From Sneathiella sp. (GTDB taxonomy: Bacteria; Pseudomonadota; Alphaproteobacteria; Sneathiellales; Sneathiellaceae): a stretch of DNA of 64,000 nucleotides. Below are positions 53,449-62,721 of the stretch, in pieces. The notes beneath the pieces are model-generated. The model saw only the letters and a list, made by a program, of their open reading frames with translations, searched no databases and was not told the DNA's origin. The stretch spans positions 244,727-308,726 of the forward strand of contig NZ_DAIUFV010000001.1 of assembly GCF_036844445.1 (NCBI RefSeq). Reading direction: 5' to 3'. A program made the translations under genes and the position numbers. How positions within the stretch are numbered: the first letter of the stretch is position 1; each line of letters opens with the position of its first letter.

Positions 53449-54621
53449 ATGGATTTCCGGCTGACTGAAGAGCAAAGAATGATCGCCGAGACAGCATACC
53501 GGATCGGCGATGAATTCGGTCTCGATTACTGGCGCGAGAAGGACGCCAAGAAGGAATTCCCGAAGGAGCTCTGGCAGGCGGTCTGCGATGCGGGGCTTTG
53601 CGGGGTCGCCCTGCCGGAAGAATATGGCGGCGCGGGATCGGGCATGCTGGAAATGGCGCTGATCGTCGAAAACCTCGCGGCAAGCGGCGGCGGCGCGACG
53701 CTCGGCCAGCTCTTTATGATCAACCCCATCTTTGGCGGCGTCACCATTTCAAAGCATGGCACCGACAAGATGAAAGAGGAGCTGCTGCCGCGGCTGATCA
53801 AGGGCGATCTCAATTTCTGCATGGCGCTGACGGAAGCCCGCGCGGGCAGCAACAGCCTGGAGCTGAAAACTTTTGCCGAAGCAGACGGCGATGGCTGGCG
53901 GCTGAACGGCGAGAAAATCTGGATCACGGCGGTCGATCAGGCGGAGAAGATGCTGGTCATCGCCCGCACGAAAAAGGTCGAGGAGGTGCAGAAGCGCACC
54001 GACGGCCTTTCCATGTTCATGATCGACGTGAAACGGGACGGGCTGACCTACCATCCGATTGACAAGGTCGGCACAAAGACGCTCTCCTCCTGCACTGTCT
54101 TTTTCGATGATGTGCGGATTGAACCCGAGGAGCTGGTAGGCACCCTGCATGGCGGCTGGAAAGAGCTGCTCGATACGCTGAATACCGAGCGGATTGTCAC
54201 CACCGCAGGGCTCGTCGGCGCAGGCAGCCTCGCGCTTCGCGTCGCGGTCGATTATGCCAATGAACGAAAAGTCTTCGGCAACCGGCCCGTCGGCTCCTAT
54301 CAGGGCATCCAGTTCCCGCTCGCGCAGGCGAAAGCGGAAATCGAATGCGCCCGGCTGATGAACTACAAGGCGGCGGCGCAGTTCGATGCGGGTGAGCCGT
54401 TCGGCAGTGAAGCGAACGCGGCGAAGTTGATCGCGGCGCAGGCGGTTGCCGATGCAACGGAGCGCGCAATGCAGGCGATGGGCGGGATGGGCTATGCGAC
54501 CGAATCGCATCTTGAGCGGCTCTGGCGCGATGCGCGGCTCTTCCGCTTTGCGCCGGTCTCGGAGGAGATGATCCTCAACTTCATTGCCGTGCATGATCTC
54601 GGGATGCCGCGTTCCTACTAG
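53449..54621 (+). CDS. Acyl-CoA dehydrogenase
   Basis: MDFRLTEEQRMI, ALTEARAGSNSLELKTFA, KIWITA and MGGMGYATESHLERLWRDARL. Confidence 0.9.
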   Translation: MDFRLTEEQRMIAETAYRIGDEFGLDYWREKDAKKEFPKELWQAVCDAGLCGVALPEEYGGAGSGMLEMALIVENLAASGGGATLGQLFMINPIFGGVTISKHGTDKMKEELLPRLIKGDLNFCMALTEARAGSNSLELKTFAEADGDGWRLNGEKIWITAVDQAEKMLVIARTKKVEEVQKRTDGLSMFMIDVKRDGLTYHPIDKVGTKTLSSCTVFFDDVRIEPEELVGTLHGGWKELLDTLNTERIVTTAGLVGAGSLALRVAVDYANERKVFGNRPVGSYQGIQFPLAQAKAEIECARLMNYKAAAQFDAGEPFGSEANAAKLIAAQAVADATERAMQAMGGMGYATESHLERLWRDARLFRFAPVSEEMILNFIAVHDLGMPRSY

Positions 54622-54654
54622 GCGGCGCCGGACGATAAAAGGGAGGGAGAGAGA

Positions 54655-56145
54655 ATGGTCAATCTCGGCAGTTTCCTGAAATATCACGCGGCGCGCTGGC
54701 CCGACAAAATAGCGATTGTCTATCAGGACCGGCGGATCAGCTACGGTGAGCTTTGGCAGCGCGTCCAGCATCTCGCGCGGTTTCTGAAGGGGCAGGGGAT
54801 CGGCAAGGGCGATGTCGTGGCTGTCTTTATGAAAAACAGCCCGGCCTTCATCGAGATTGCCATTGCGACGAGCTATCTCGGCGGTGTCTTTCTTCCCATC
54901 AACTATCGTCTCGCGAACGATGAGGTCGCCTATATCACGGGCAATGCGAAGGCGAAGCTGCTCTTCGGCGATGCGGAGTTTGCCGGGGTGCTGGCTGTGG
55001 ATGTCCCGAAATTTCTCCTCGATGATGCCATGCAGAAGGATCCGCGCGCGCTCACCGGCGAGAGCGGTGACATTCCGGTGCAGGAATTCGTCCGACCCGG
55101 CGATCTCTTCCGCCTGATGTATACCTCCGGCACGACCGATCGGCCGAAGGGCGTCATGCACACCTATGAGAATTTCTACTGGAAGAGCATGGAGCATGTG
55201 ATCGTGCTCGGCCTCTCGCATCAGACGCGCCTGCTGGTGACCGGGCCGCTCTACCATGTCGGCGCGTTCGACCTGCCGGGCGTTGCGGTGCTCTGGCTTG
55301 GCGGCATGCTGAAAATTCACCGCGAGTTCAATCCGGCCGAAGTGCTTGCGGCGATCGAGCAGGAGAAACTCACCGGCGCCTGGCTCGCGCCCATTATGAT
55401 GGCGGGCGTCCTCAGCCACCCGGAGCGTGACAGATATGATGTCAGCAGCCTAGAATGGTGCATCGGCGGCGGCGAGAAAACGCCGGAGGGGCGCATTATC
55501 GAGTTCCAGAAATATTTCACCAACGGGCGCTATATCGATGCCTACGGCCTGACCGAATCCGGGAGCGGCGATACCTTTATGGAAGCGGGCTGGGAGATTG
55601 AGAAAATCGGCTCGACCGGGCGGGCAACACCGCATGTCTCCATCGCCATCGCCAATGATGGGGGCCAGTTCCTCGCGCCGGGCGAGGAGGGGGAGATTTG
55701 CCTGCGCGGCCCGAAAATCACGCAAGGCTACTGGAACGATCCGCAAAAGACAGCGGACACCCGCATCGGCGACTGGTTCAGGACGGGCGATGTCGGCTAT
55801 CTCGACGAAGACGGCTTTCTCTACCTCACCGACCGCAAGAAAGATATGATCATCTCTGGCGGCGAGAATATCGCCTCCTCCGAGATCGAGCGGGTGATCT
55901 ATCAGATGCCGGGCGTGATGGAAGCGGCCGTCATCGGCATGCCCGATGAGCGCTGGGGAGAGGTGCCGGTCGCGATTATCGTGCCCGCCAAGGGCGTCAC
56001 CATTGACGAGGCGGCATTCCAGGCGCATTGCCGCAAGCATCTCGCCGGCTTCAAAATTCCAAAGCGGCTGATTTTGCAGGAAAGCCTGCCGCGTAATCCA
56101 TCGGGTAAAATCCTGAAACGCGTGCTTCGCGACGAGATTAGTTAA
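54655..56145 (+). CDS. AMP-dependent acyl-CoA synthetase/ligase
   Basis: LMYTSGTTDRPKGV, AYGLTESG, FRTGDVGYLDEDGFLYLTDRKKDMIISGG and GKILKRVLR. Confidence 0.92.
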   Translation: MVNLGSFLKYHAARWPDKIAIVYQDRRISYGELWQRVQHLARFLKGQGIGKGDVVAVFMKNSPAFIEIAIATSYLGGVFLPINYRLANDEVAYITGNAKAKLLFGDAEFAGVLAVDVPKFLLDDAMQKDPRALTGESGDIPVQEFVRPGDLFRLMYTSGTTDRPKGVMHTYENFYWKSMEHVIVLGLSHQTRLLVTGPLYHVGAFDLPGVAVLWLGGMLKIHREFNPAEVLAAIEQEKLTGAWLAPIMMAGVLSHPERDRYDVSSLEWCIGGGEKTPEGRIIEFQKYFTNGRYIDAYGLTESGSGDTFMEAGWEIEKIGSTGRATPHVSIAIANDGGQFLAPGEEGEICLRGPKITQGYWNDPQKTADTRIGDWFRTGDVGYLDEDGFLYLTDRKKDMIISGGENIASSEIERVIYQMPGVMEAAVIGMPDERWGEVPVAIIVPAKGVTIDEAAFQAHCRKHLAGFKIPKRLILQESLPRNPSGKILKRVLRDEIS

Positions 56146-56163
56146 ATAATAGAGACGCAAAAG

Positions 56164-56189
56164 CAGCCGGCCGAAAGGCCGGCATTTTC
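56164..56189 (+). terminator. Rho-independent terminator
   Basis: GCCGGCCGAAAGGCCGGC hairpin followed by ATTTT, 20 nt after the ligase stop. Confidence 0.75.
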
Positions 56190-56249
56190 GTATGATTTAA
56201 CCTCTATTCACCGATTACACGCTATCTGATGCGCACGCGCGCCCTCATG

Positions 56250-56277
56250 CTGACACAATTTGCAAAAATATTATATT
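56250..56277 (+). promoter_or_regulatory. Candidate sigma70-type promoter of the small membrane-protein gene
   Basis: CTGACA, 16-nt spacer, TATATT, in an AT-rich tract about 45 nt upstream of the AGGAGG RBS. Confidence 0.35.
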
Positions 56278-56323
56278 TGTGAAAAGTTATATTGTTGATG
56301 TTTATTGAGAAGGAGGACTCAAC

Positions 56324-56575
56324 GTGGGCGACGCAGGAATTGGCTGGATTGCAGCGATTATTATCGGCGGAGTGGCGGGCTGGATAGCCTCTACCCTGAT
56401 GAAAGCGGATACCGGAATATTCTTCAATATCATTCTCGGGATCATTGGGGCGGCGATAGCGAGCTTCCTCTTTGGCTTGCTCGGGATCTCCTTTGGCGGT
56501 TGGCTCGGCTATCTTGTGGCCGGCATCATTGGCGCCTGTATTCTCGTCGGGATCGTCCGGGCGATCAAGCGCTAG
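56324..56575 (+). CDS. GlsB/YeaQ/YmgE-family transglycosylase-associated small membrane protein
   Basis: GWIAAIIIGGVAGWIASTLM...FNIILGIIGAAIASFLFGLLG, the typical Gly-rich three-TM pattern. GTG start 8 nt after AGGAGG. Confidence 0.85.
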   Translation: MGDAGIGWIAAIIIGGVAGWIASTLMKADTGIFFNIILGIIGAAIASFLFGLLGISFGGWLGYLVAGIIGACILVGIVRAIKR

Positions 56576-56596
56576 CCGTCTATTGATAAAAAACGG

Positions 56597-56626
56597 GAAC
56601 GGGAGGGCGACCCCCTCCCGTTTTTT
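56597..56626 (+). terminator. Rho-independent terminator
   Basis: ACGGGAGGG-CGAC-CCCTCCCGT hairpin followed by TTTTTT. Confidence 0.85.
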
Positions 56627-56645
56627 ATACCTCTCTCAGCGCATG

Positions 56646-56677
56646 AAAAACCCGCCGTTTTGGGACGGCGGGTTTTC
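56646..56677. terminator. Bidirectional hairpin terminator (serves the minus-strand dctP gene)
   Basis: GAAAAA-CCCGCCGT-TTTGGG-ACGGCGGG-TTTTC, lying 25 nt beyond the stop of the 56701-57735 gene. Confidence 0.75.
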
Positions 56678-56700
56678 TCGTCTAAGACGCGCTCAGAGGA

Positions 56701-57735
56701 TTATTTCTGCTTGTCAAGCGCAGCGCGGAACTGGGCGAGAACTTCGCTGCCCGGCTGACCGCGATTGTCGAGGTCTTTCGCCCACTCATCGGCAACCTCG
56801 TCGGAATGCTGCGAGAAGGTGAGAAGATCGCTCTCCGTCAGCGTGTAATATTCGACGCCTTCGCCGGCCATCTCCGCGAGTGCTTTCTCGACGTCATTGT
56901 CGATGTTTTCGCACATCGTCGTGACCATCTTCTCACTTGCCTCGGTCATCACAGTCTTGACGTCGTCCGGCAGCTTGTCCCAGGCGTTCTGGTTGATCAC
57001 GAAGGTGACGATGAAGCTGCCGAAGTTCCCGCCGCGGGTCCCGTATTTGAGCAGCGAGACAAGGTCATAGGAGATCACGCTCTGATTCGGGAAGATCAGG
57101 CCGTCCATCGTGCCGCGCGAGAGTGATTCACGCACTTCCGTTGCCGTCATGCGAACCGGAACAGCGCCGATCTTGCGGGCGAACAGGTCCATCGGGCCGC
57201 CGGTGCTGCGAAGCTTGAGGCCGGCTGCGTCAGAGGCGGTCTGGACTTTCTTGTTGACGGTGTAGATCTGGTAGGGCTCGAGAACGAAGGCGAACAGCAG
57301 ATGAACCTTGTTTGCGGTGAATTCCCGGCTCTTGATCGGATCCTGATTGGCGACTTCCCAGAAGGCTTTGGTACCGATGCAGGAGGTCGGGAAGCTGCCC
57401 GGCAGCTGTGCAACACCCGAGAGCGGCATTTTGTCAGAGACATAGGACGGGCCGACATAGCCGATATCGGTCACGCCGTTCTGCGTCAGCGTCAGCATGT
57501 CTTTTGCCTTGCCAAGCTGTTCGGCCGGATATTCTTCGAACGTCACGCGCCCGTTGGTGGCTTCTGTTATCTGCGCCATCCAGGGGGCGACGGCCTGAAC
57601 CTGGATAAAATGCGCCGTCGGGAAGGAATGCGCCAGGCGCAGCTTGATTGGCTCCTGCGCCGAGGCCGTCGTCGACAATCCGGCGAGCATCGCAACGGCA
57701 GCCGTAAGTGCCAGTTTGGAAATGATTTTTTTCAT
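56701..57735 (-). CDS. TRAP transporter substrate-binding protein (DctP family), not adjacent to Q/M genes
   Basis: Signal peptide MKKIISKLALTAAVAMLAGLSTTASA, then IKLRLAHSFPTAHF...ATNGRVTFEEYPAEQLG. Confidence 0.88.
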   Translation of the reverse strand: MKKIISKLALTAAVAMLAGLSTTASAQEPIKLRLAHSFPTAHFIQVQAVAPWMAQITEATNGRVTFEEYPAEQLGKAKDMLTLTQNGVTDIGYVGPSYVSDKMPLSGVAQLPGSFPTSCIGTKAFWEVANQDPIKSREFTANKVHLLFAFVLEPYQIYTVNKKVQTASDAAGLKLRSTGGPMDLFARKIGAVPVRMTATEVRESLSRGTMDGLIFPNQSVISYDLVSLLKYGTRGGNFGSFIVTFVINQNAWDKLPDDVKTVMTEASEKMVTTMCENIDNDVEKALAEMAGEGVEYYTLTESDLLTFSQHSDEVADEWAKDLDNRGQPGSEVLAQFRAALDKQK

Positions 57736-57886
57736 TTGTCTCCCTTTCTGTTGCGCCTTTGGTCCATTTGGAATTGGAATTTTGCGGTGTTATATACTGG
57801 CGCGACGTATTTTGTTAGATTATGATTGTTCCGTTATCTGCATAATATACGATATTGAGAACGGTTCAAGAATTTTAGGAGAGTCT

Positions 57887-58726
57887 GTGACTAAAAATAC
57901 GCCAAAAGGACCCCGTTCTCCCGCCCGGGTTATGCAGTTGCTGGAACTTCTTGCCTCCCATACCGACGGCCTGACCTTGGCGAGGATGAGCGCGCTGGTC
58001 GATACGCCGAAAACCAGCCTGCTGAGCCTCCTCCGTTCGCTTGAGGCCGAAGGATATATCGAAGTCCATAATAAGACATACAGCCTTGGCGCGAAAGCAT
58101 TCCGTCTTGGGAATATGATAAATGCGCGCATGAAGGCGCAGTCGTCCTTTCCGTCGGCGGTGCGGCCCTTTCTGCTGGCGCTCTCGCGCGACAGCGGCGA
58201 GACGGTCCTCTCCGGCGTCCTCGCCGAAGACGGTACTCATGGCATCTTTATCGACATCGTTGAAGGCAACGGGTCGATCTATCTCTCCTCCGTTATCGGG
58301 GCGCAGCGCCCGCTTTTCTGCTCGTCTTTCGGAAAAAGCCTGCTCGCCTTCCAGAGCGTCAGCTTCATCCATAATTACCTGGAGAATGTCGATCCCGTCT
58401 CGCCGATGACCGGCATCCGATACGAGATCAGTGCGATCCTCGAGGATCTGGAATATATCCGCAAATCCGGCGTGAGCATTACAATGGGCGATACGGTCAA
58501 AGAGGCGGGCGGCATCAGTGTGCCGGTCTTCGGCGCGGAAGGGTATATTCTCGGGAGTATAACCCTCGCTGCGCCGCTTGACCGGCTGAAAAGCCAGCTC
58601 AATCACTATGCCGAGCTGGCTCACGCCGCCGGGGAGAGGGCATCGCAGTTTATGGGCTATTTTCTCCCCTATCCCGGATCAAAAAACAACAAGAGGGCCG
58701 ATGGCGCGCGGGCGAGGCAATCATAA
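57887..58726 (+). CDS. IclR-family transcriptional regulator
   Basis: RVMQLLELLASHTDGLTLARMSALVDTPKTSLLSLLRSLEAEGYIE winged HTH. GTG 57887 follows an aggagag RBS. The ORF-track extension from 57644 overlaps the divergent dctP gene. Confidence 0.85.
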   Translation: MTKNTPKGPRSPARVMQLLELLASHTDGLTLARMSALVDTPKTSLLSLLRSLEAEGYIEVHNKTYSLGAKAFRLGNMINARMKAQSSFPSAVRPFLLALSRDSGETVLSGVLAEDGTHGIFIDIVEGNGSIYLSSVIGAQRPLFCSSFGKSLLAFQSVSFIHNYLENVDPVSPMTGIRYEISAILEDLEYIRKSGVSITMGDTVKEAGGISVPVFGAEGYILGSITLAAPLDRLKSQLNHYAELAHAAGERASQFMGYFLPYPGSKNNKRADGARARQS

Positions 58727-58879
58727 GGCTCATAAGGTCGCCGCGTCGTGCCGGGCGCCGCAGTGGAGGAGGCGGGACATTCTTTCTTTCAAAGAGATGA
58801 CCCGGACCGCGCGTATTGCGACGGCGATGACCTGACGCACCGCGCACCGGTCGTATGCCATCGCCCGGCAATTTCCGGC

Positions 58880-58908
58880 TTGACAGTAGAAAAGCGCCCC
58901 GATATTTT
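58880..58908 (+). promoter_or_regulatory. Candidate sigma70-type promoter of the CitE/CoA-transferase operon
   Basis: TTGACA (58880-58885), 17-nt spacer, TATTTT (58903-58908). Followed by an AT-rich segment with the partial dyad AGAA-N5-TTCT. Confidence 0.4.
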
Positions 58909-59059
58909 GGTCTTAAATAAGAACAATATTCTGTTATCGGAACAAAAATCGCAGGGCCGCAACTAAAAAGACCTTTCAACCCCTGTGACCGTTCCGAAAG
59001 CGCCGGATTTGGCGGTTCCGCCTCTTTCCGTCACGCCTTACGCACCGGGAGATTTGGTC

Positions 59060-59941
59060 ATGTTGTTTAGGAGTCTTTTCTTCGCCCCCGCCAACCGGCC
59101 GGATCTGCTGGCGAAGTTTCCGCGATTTTCCGCTGACTGCTACGTCATCGACCTTGAGGACGGCACGCCGCCCGGCGACAAGGTTGCGGCGCGCGGCGCC
59201 CTCGCGGGCAATATGGCGATGCTGCGCGACGCGAAGGTAAAGGGGCTTGTCTATGTGCGGGTCAATGAGCCGGGATCGGAATTCTTTCTTGACGATATCG
59301 CGGCCGCCGTTGCCTGCGATATTGACGGCATCGTCATCCCGAAACTCGAAACCCCCGATCAGTGCGATCCGATCGTTGCGGCAATCCGCGCGGCGCGGGG
59401 GAAGGATCCGGCGAAGCGGGAGATACGGATCCTCGGCGGGATCGAATCCATGCTGGGCGTCCTGAATGTGAACGAGCTTTGCAAGGCCAACGAGCTGATG
59501 AGCGCGGTCTTCTTTGGCGCAGAGGACTATGCGTCCGATCTTGGCGCGCGGCGGACAGCGGGCGGGGACGAGGTCCTCTATGCCCGCTCGCGCGTTGTGC
59601 TGGCCGCGAAAATCGCCGGCATCGTGCCGATCGACCAGGCAGTGGTCGAGGTGCGCGATGACGAACAGTGCCGCCGCGACGCTGGCAAGGGGCGCGATCT
59701 CGGCTATGAAGGCAAGATCTGCGTCATCCCGCGCCAGATTGACATCTGCAACAGCATTTTCGCCCCGACGGAGGAGGAAACCCGCGAGGCGGCTGAGGTT
59801 GTCGCGGCCTATCGCGACGCCATGTCGAGGGGCATCGGGACGATTGACTTCAAGGGTAAAATGATCGATGGGCCGCTCCTCAAGCGCGCCGAACAGACAC
59901 TGGCGATCGCCGAGGTAATCCGGAGCAGGGAGGAAGACTGA
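59060..59941 (+). CDS. HpcH/HpaI aldolase / citrate lyase beta subunit-like (CitE family) acyl-CoA lyase
   Basis: MLFRSLFFAPANRPDLLAKFPRFSADCYVIDLEDG and FFGAEDYASDLG are typical of CitE, malyl-CoA lyase and citramalyl-CoA lyase proteins. ATG 59060 is preferred over GTG 58985. Confidence 0.85.
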   Translation: MLFRSLFFAPANRPDLLAKFPRFSADCYVIDLEDGTPPGDKVAARGALAGNMAMLRDAKVKGLVYVRVNEPGSEFFLDDIAAAVACDIDGIVIPKLETPDQCDPIVAAIRAARGKDPAKREIRILGGIESMLGVLNVNELCKANELMSAVFFGAEDYASDLGARRTAGGDEVLYARSRVVLAAKIAGIVPIDQAVVEVRDDEQCRRDAGKGRDLGYEGKICVIPRQIDICNSIFAPTEEETREAAEVVAAYRDAMSRGIGTIDFKGKMIDGPLLKRAEQTLAIAEVIRSREED

Positions 59942-61212
59942 TGAAGGAACTGGATATTGCCGAGCTGGACCTTTCCGCTCTGATAAAAAAATCGGAAACG
60001 ATTACGTGGGGCAATGCCTGCGCCGAGCCGCTGACGCTGACCGAAGCGCTGGTCGCGCAGCGCCATAATCTTGAGGATGTCCGCGTTTTTTTTGGCGCGA
60101 GCTTTTCAAAAACCTTCGCGCCCGAGCATGCGGACAAGATCAAATTCATGTCGACGGGCGGCATTGGCGCGGCGGGGGCGCTCACGAAAGCGGGCGTTTG
60201 CGATGTGATCCCGTGTCATGTCTCGCAGGTTGCGGGATATATCGAGGCGGGCCGCATTCCTTGCGACGTCGTGTTCGTCCAGGTCAGCCCGCCGAACGAG
60301 CGCGGCGAATATAGCCTCGGCGTCACCAGCGACTTCATCTACACTGCCGTCAAGAAAGCGCGCCTCGTCATCGCCGAGATCAACAGCCAGACGCCGCAAA
60401 GTTTCTGCGTGGAGCCGCTGACGGCGAAGGATATCGACTATTGCATCTATTCCGACCGGCCGGTTGTCGCCGTGCCGGCGGCCGCCGTCACGGACGTCGA
60501 CCGGACAATCTCCGGCTTTGCGGAAGGGTTTATCCCGGACCGCGCGACATTGCAGGTCGGTATCGGCGGCGTTCCGGAAGCCCTGATGGCGACGCTGAAA
60601 TCGCGGCGCGGGCTTGGCATTCACTCGGGGATGATCGGCGACAGCGTCGTTGATCTTGCGGAATCCGGAGCGCTGACCAACGGCTTCAAGGAAATCGATG
60701 CCGGCGTGACGGTGACCGGCGCACTCATCGGTACGAAGCGGCTCTATGATTTTGCCCACAGGAATCCCGAATTGCGTATGGCGCCGGCATCCGTCACCCA
60801 CGACATCCGGCTTCTCGCCGAGCTCTCCAACTTCATCTCGATCAACTCGGCGCTCGAAGTCGATATCACCGGGCAGGTGAATGCCGAAGGGATCGGGGCG
60901 AATTATTTCGGCAGCGTTGGCGGGCAGGTGGATTACGTCCGCGCCGCCGGTCTCTCCAAGGGCGGCTGCTCGCTGATTGCGCTTCGCAGCGCCGCCAAGG
61001 GCGGGGAGGTCAGCAAGATCGTCTCCCGCCTCTCCGGTCCTGTCACAACGCCCCGAAGCGACGTCGGCGTCGTGGTGACCGAGTTCGGCGCCGCCGATCT
61101 TCGCGGCCTGCCGCTCCGGGCGCGGGTCCGGGCGATGATCGATATCGCGCCGCCCGAGCACCGCGAGCGCCTGGAGCGCGAAGCGCATGACATCGTCAAG
61201 ATGGCCTCGTGA
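59941..61212 (+). CDS. Acetyl-CoA hydrolase/transferase family CoA-transferase (Cat1/AbfT/RipA-like)
   Basis: ATLQVGIGGVPEAL, INSALEVDITGQVNAE and GSVGGQVDYVRAA (the GGQxD(F/Y) motif). Its start overlaps the CitE stop by 1 nt (TGATG). Confidence 0.85.
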   Translation: MKELDIAELDLSALIKKSETITWGNACAEPLTLTEALVAQRHNLEDVRVFFGASFSKTFAPEHADKIKFMSTGGIGAAGALTKAGVCDVIPCHVSQVAGYIEAGRIPCDVVFVQVSPPNERGEYSLGVTSDFIYTAVKKARLVIAEINSQTPQSFCVEPLTAKDIDYCIYSDRPVVAVPAAAVTDVDRTISGFAEGFIPDRATLQVGIGGVPEALMATLKSRRGLGIHSGMIGDSVVDLAESGALTNGFKEIDAGVTVTGALIGTKRLYDFAHRNPELRMAPASVTHDIRLLAELSNFISINSALEVDITGQVNAEGIGANYFGSVGGQVDYVRAAGLSKGGCSLIALRSAAKGGEVSKIVSRLSGPVTTPRSDVGVVVTEFGAADLRGLPLRARVRAMIDIAPPEHRERLEREAHDIVKMAS

Positions 61213-61384
61213 GGCAACAAAAATCGCCGGGACGGGCCTCATGGCGCGAAAACAAACGACCGCGCGCCTGACAGGATAGATTGACCTCGGCAATATTACA
61301 GCGGAATAATAATTTCGCGTGGGAGAAGAAATAACTCAGCCACCGTCATCGCGACTGTGAAAATATAATAAAGGGAGTTCCGTC

Positions 61385-62149
61385 ATGGCAGAGGCCATTC
61401 TGTTTGAGGTCGAAGACGATATCGCCATCATCACCATCAACCGCCCGGACCGGCGCAACGCGATCAATGACGCGGTGAGCGAAGGGATGCGGGCCGCCTG
61501 GGCGCGGTTCGAGCAGTCGCCGGAGCTGAAGGTCGCCATTCTGACCGGGGCAGGGGACAAATCTTTCTGCGCGGGCATGGATCTGAAAGAGGCGGCGGAT
61601 AAGATGCTCGGCGTTCCGGCGCGCGATTTCATTCCCGTCCTCGGCGACAGCGTCACGGTAACAAAGCCGGTCATCGCCGCCGTCAACGGCTTCGCCTTTG
61701 CGGGCGGCTGGCTGTTCGCGCAGATGTGTGATCTTTGCATTGCGTCGGAAAACGCCACCTTCGGCATCACCGAGGCGAAGGTCGGCCGGGGCATGCCCTG
61801 GGCCGCGCCGCTCGGCGCGATGATCCCGCAGCGGGTGATGATGGAGCTGCTGCTGACGGGTGATACGCTGTCGGCGCAGCGCGCACTGGAGATCGGCTTT
61901 GTCAACAAGGTGGTGCCCCAGGCCGAGCTGATGGCGGAGGCAATCACCATGGCGAAGAAAATCGCCGCCAATGCGCCGCTCACCGTCAAGGCCGCGAAGG
62001 AGCTTGTGTATCTCTCGGCCGAGATGGGCCGCTCCGCCGCGCTCCGGGCGGGATATCATCTGTTCGAATCAGTTTATAAAAGCGAGGACGCGCTGGAGGG
62101 GCCGCTCTCGTTCCGTGAAAAACGGCCACCCAAGTGGCAGGGAAAATGA
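61385..62149 (+). CDS. Enoyl-CoA hydratase (crotonase family)
   Basis: ITINRPDRRNAIN, SFCAGMDL, AAVNGFAFAGGWLFAQMCDLCIA and FGITEAKVGRG. Confidence 0.88.
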   Translation: MAEAILFEVEDDIAIITINRPDRRNAINDAVSEGMRAAWARFEQSPELKVAILTGAGDKSFCAGMDLKEAADKMLGVPARDFIPVLGDSVTVTKPVIAAVNGFAFAGGWLFAQMCDLCIASENATFGITEAKVGRGMPWAAPLGAMIPQRVMMELLLTGDTLSAQRALEIGFVNKVVPQAELMAEAITMAKKIAANAPLTVKAAKELVYLSAEMGRSAALRAGYHLFESVYKSEDALEGPLSFREKRPPKWQGK

Positions 62150-62181
62150 CGGAAAAAATATAACTAGGGAGGGATAAATCG

Positions 62182-62709
62182 ATGGAGTTGCTGGACAAGG
62201 TCATCACCTTGATTGAAAAGGCGGTGATCTCGCTGTCGGGCGTCTGCCTGACGATTATCATGCTGCTGATCACTGTGGATGTGGTCATGCGGTATGTATT
62301 CTCATCGCCGCTCAGCTGGTCGTTTGACCTGATATCCCTGTATCTTGCGACGCTGCTGTTCTTCGCGGCCGTCTCCGATACCTTCCGTCGCGGCAGTCAT
62401 GTGAAGATCGACCTGTTTGACAAGCTCGGCTCCGTCCGCGTCCGTGCGGCGCTGGAAGTAATCGGCTTTGTCAGCGCTCTCGTTCTGTTCTACCTCATGT
62501 TCCGCCTCGGTGTTGAAGACGGCATCGACAGCTACGTGAAGGGCCATGTGATCGCAGGCGCGATCCACTGGCCGACCTGGATCCCCTATATGATTGTCGC
62601 GCTTGGCTATGGCCTGCTCTCGCTCAGGATCGTGGTCACTATTCTGGAGCGGATAAAAGTACTGATAACTGGCGTGCAGATAGAACGTGCCGTTGAGCAT
62701 CTGGAATAG
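62182..62709 (+). CDS. TRAP transporter small permease (DctQ family)
   Basis: 175-aa four-TM protein after a gggaggg RBS. Confidence 0.85.
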   Translation: MELLDKVITLIEKAVISLSGVCLTIIMLLITVDVVMRYVFSSPLSWSFDLISLYLATLLFFAAVSDTFRRGSHVKIDLFDKLGSVRVRAALEVIGFVSALVLFYLMFRLGVEDGIDSYVKGHVIAGAIHWPTWIPYMIVALGYGLLSLRIVVTILERIKVLITGVQIERAVEHLE

Positions 62710-62721
62710 GGAGGGCGGACC

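Noticed and set aside
57770-57790. Short tandem TTGGAATTGGAATT and an imperfect dyad CCGTTATC-N19-GAGAACGG (57831-57865) in the dctP/IclR divergent region.
   Set aside because: They are too short or imperfect (8 of 11 arm matches) to call as operators or repeats without binding or conservation data.
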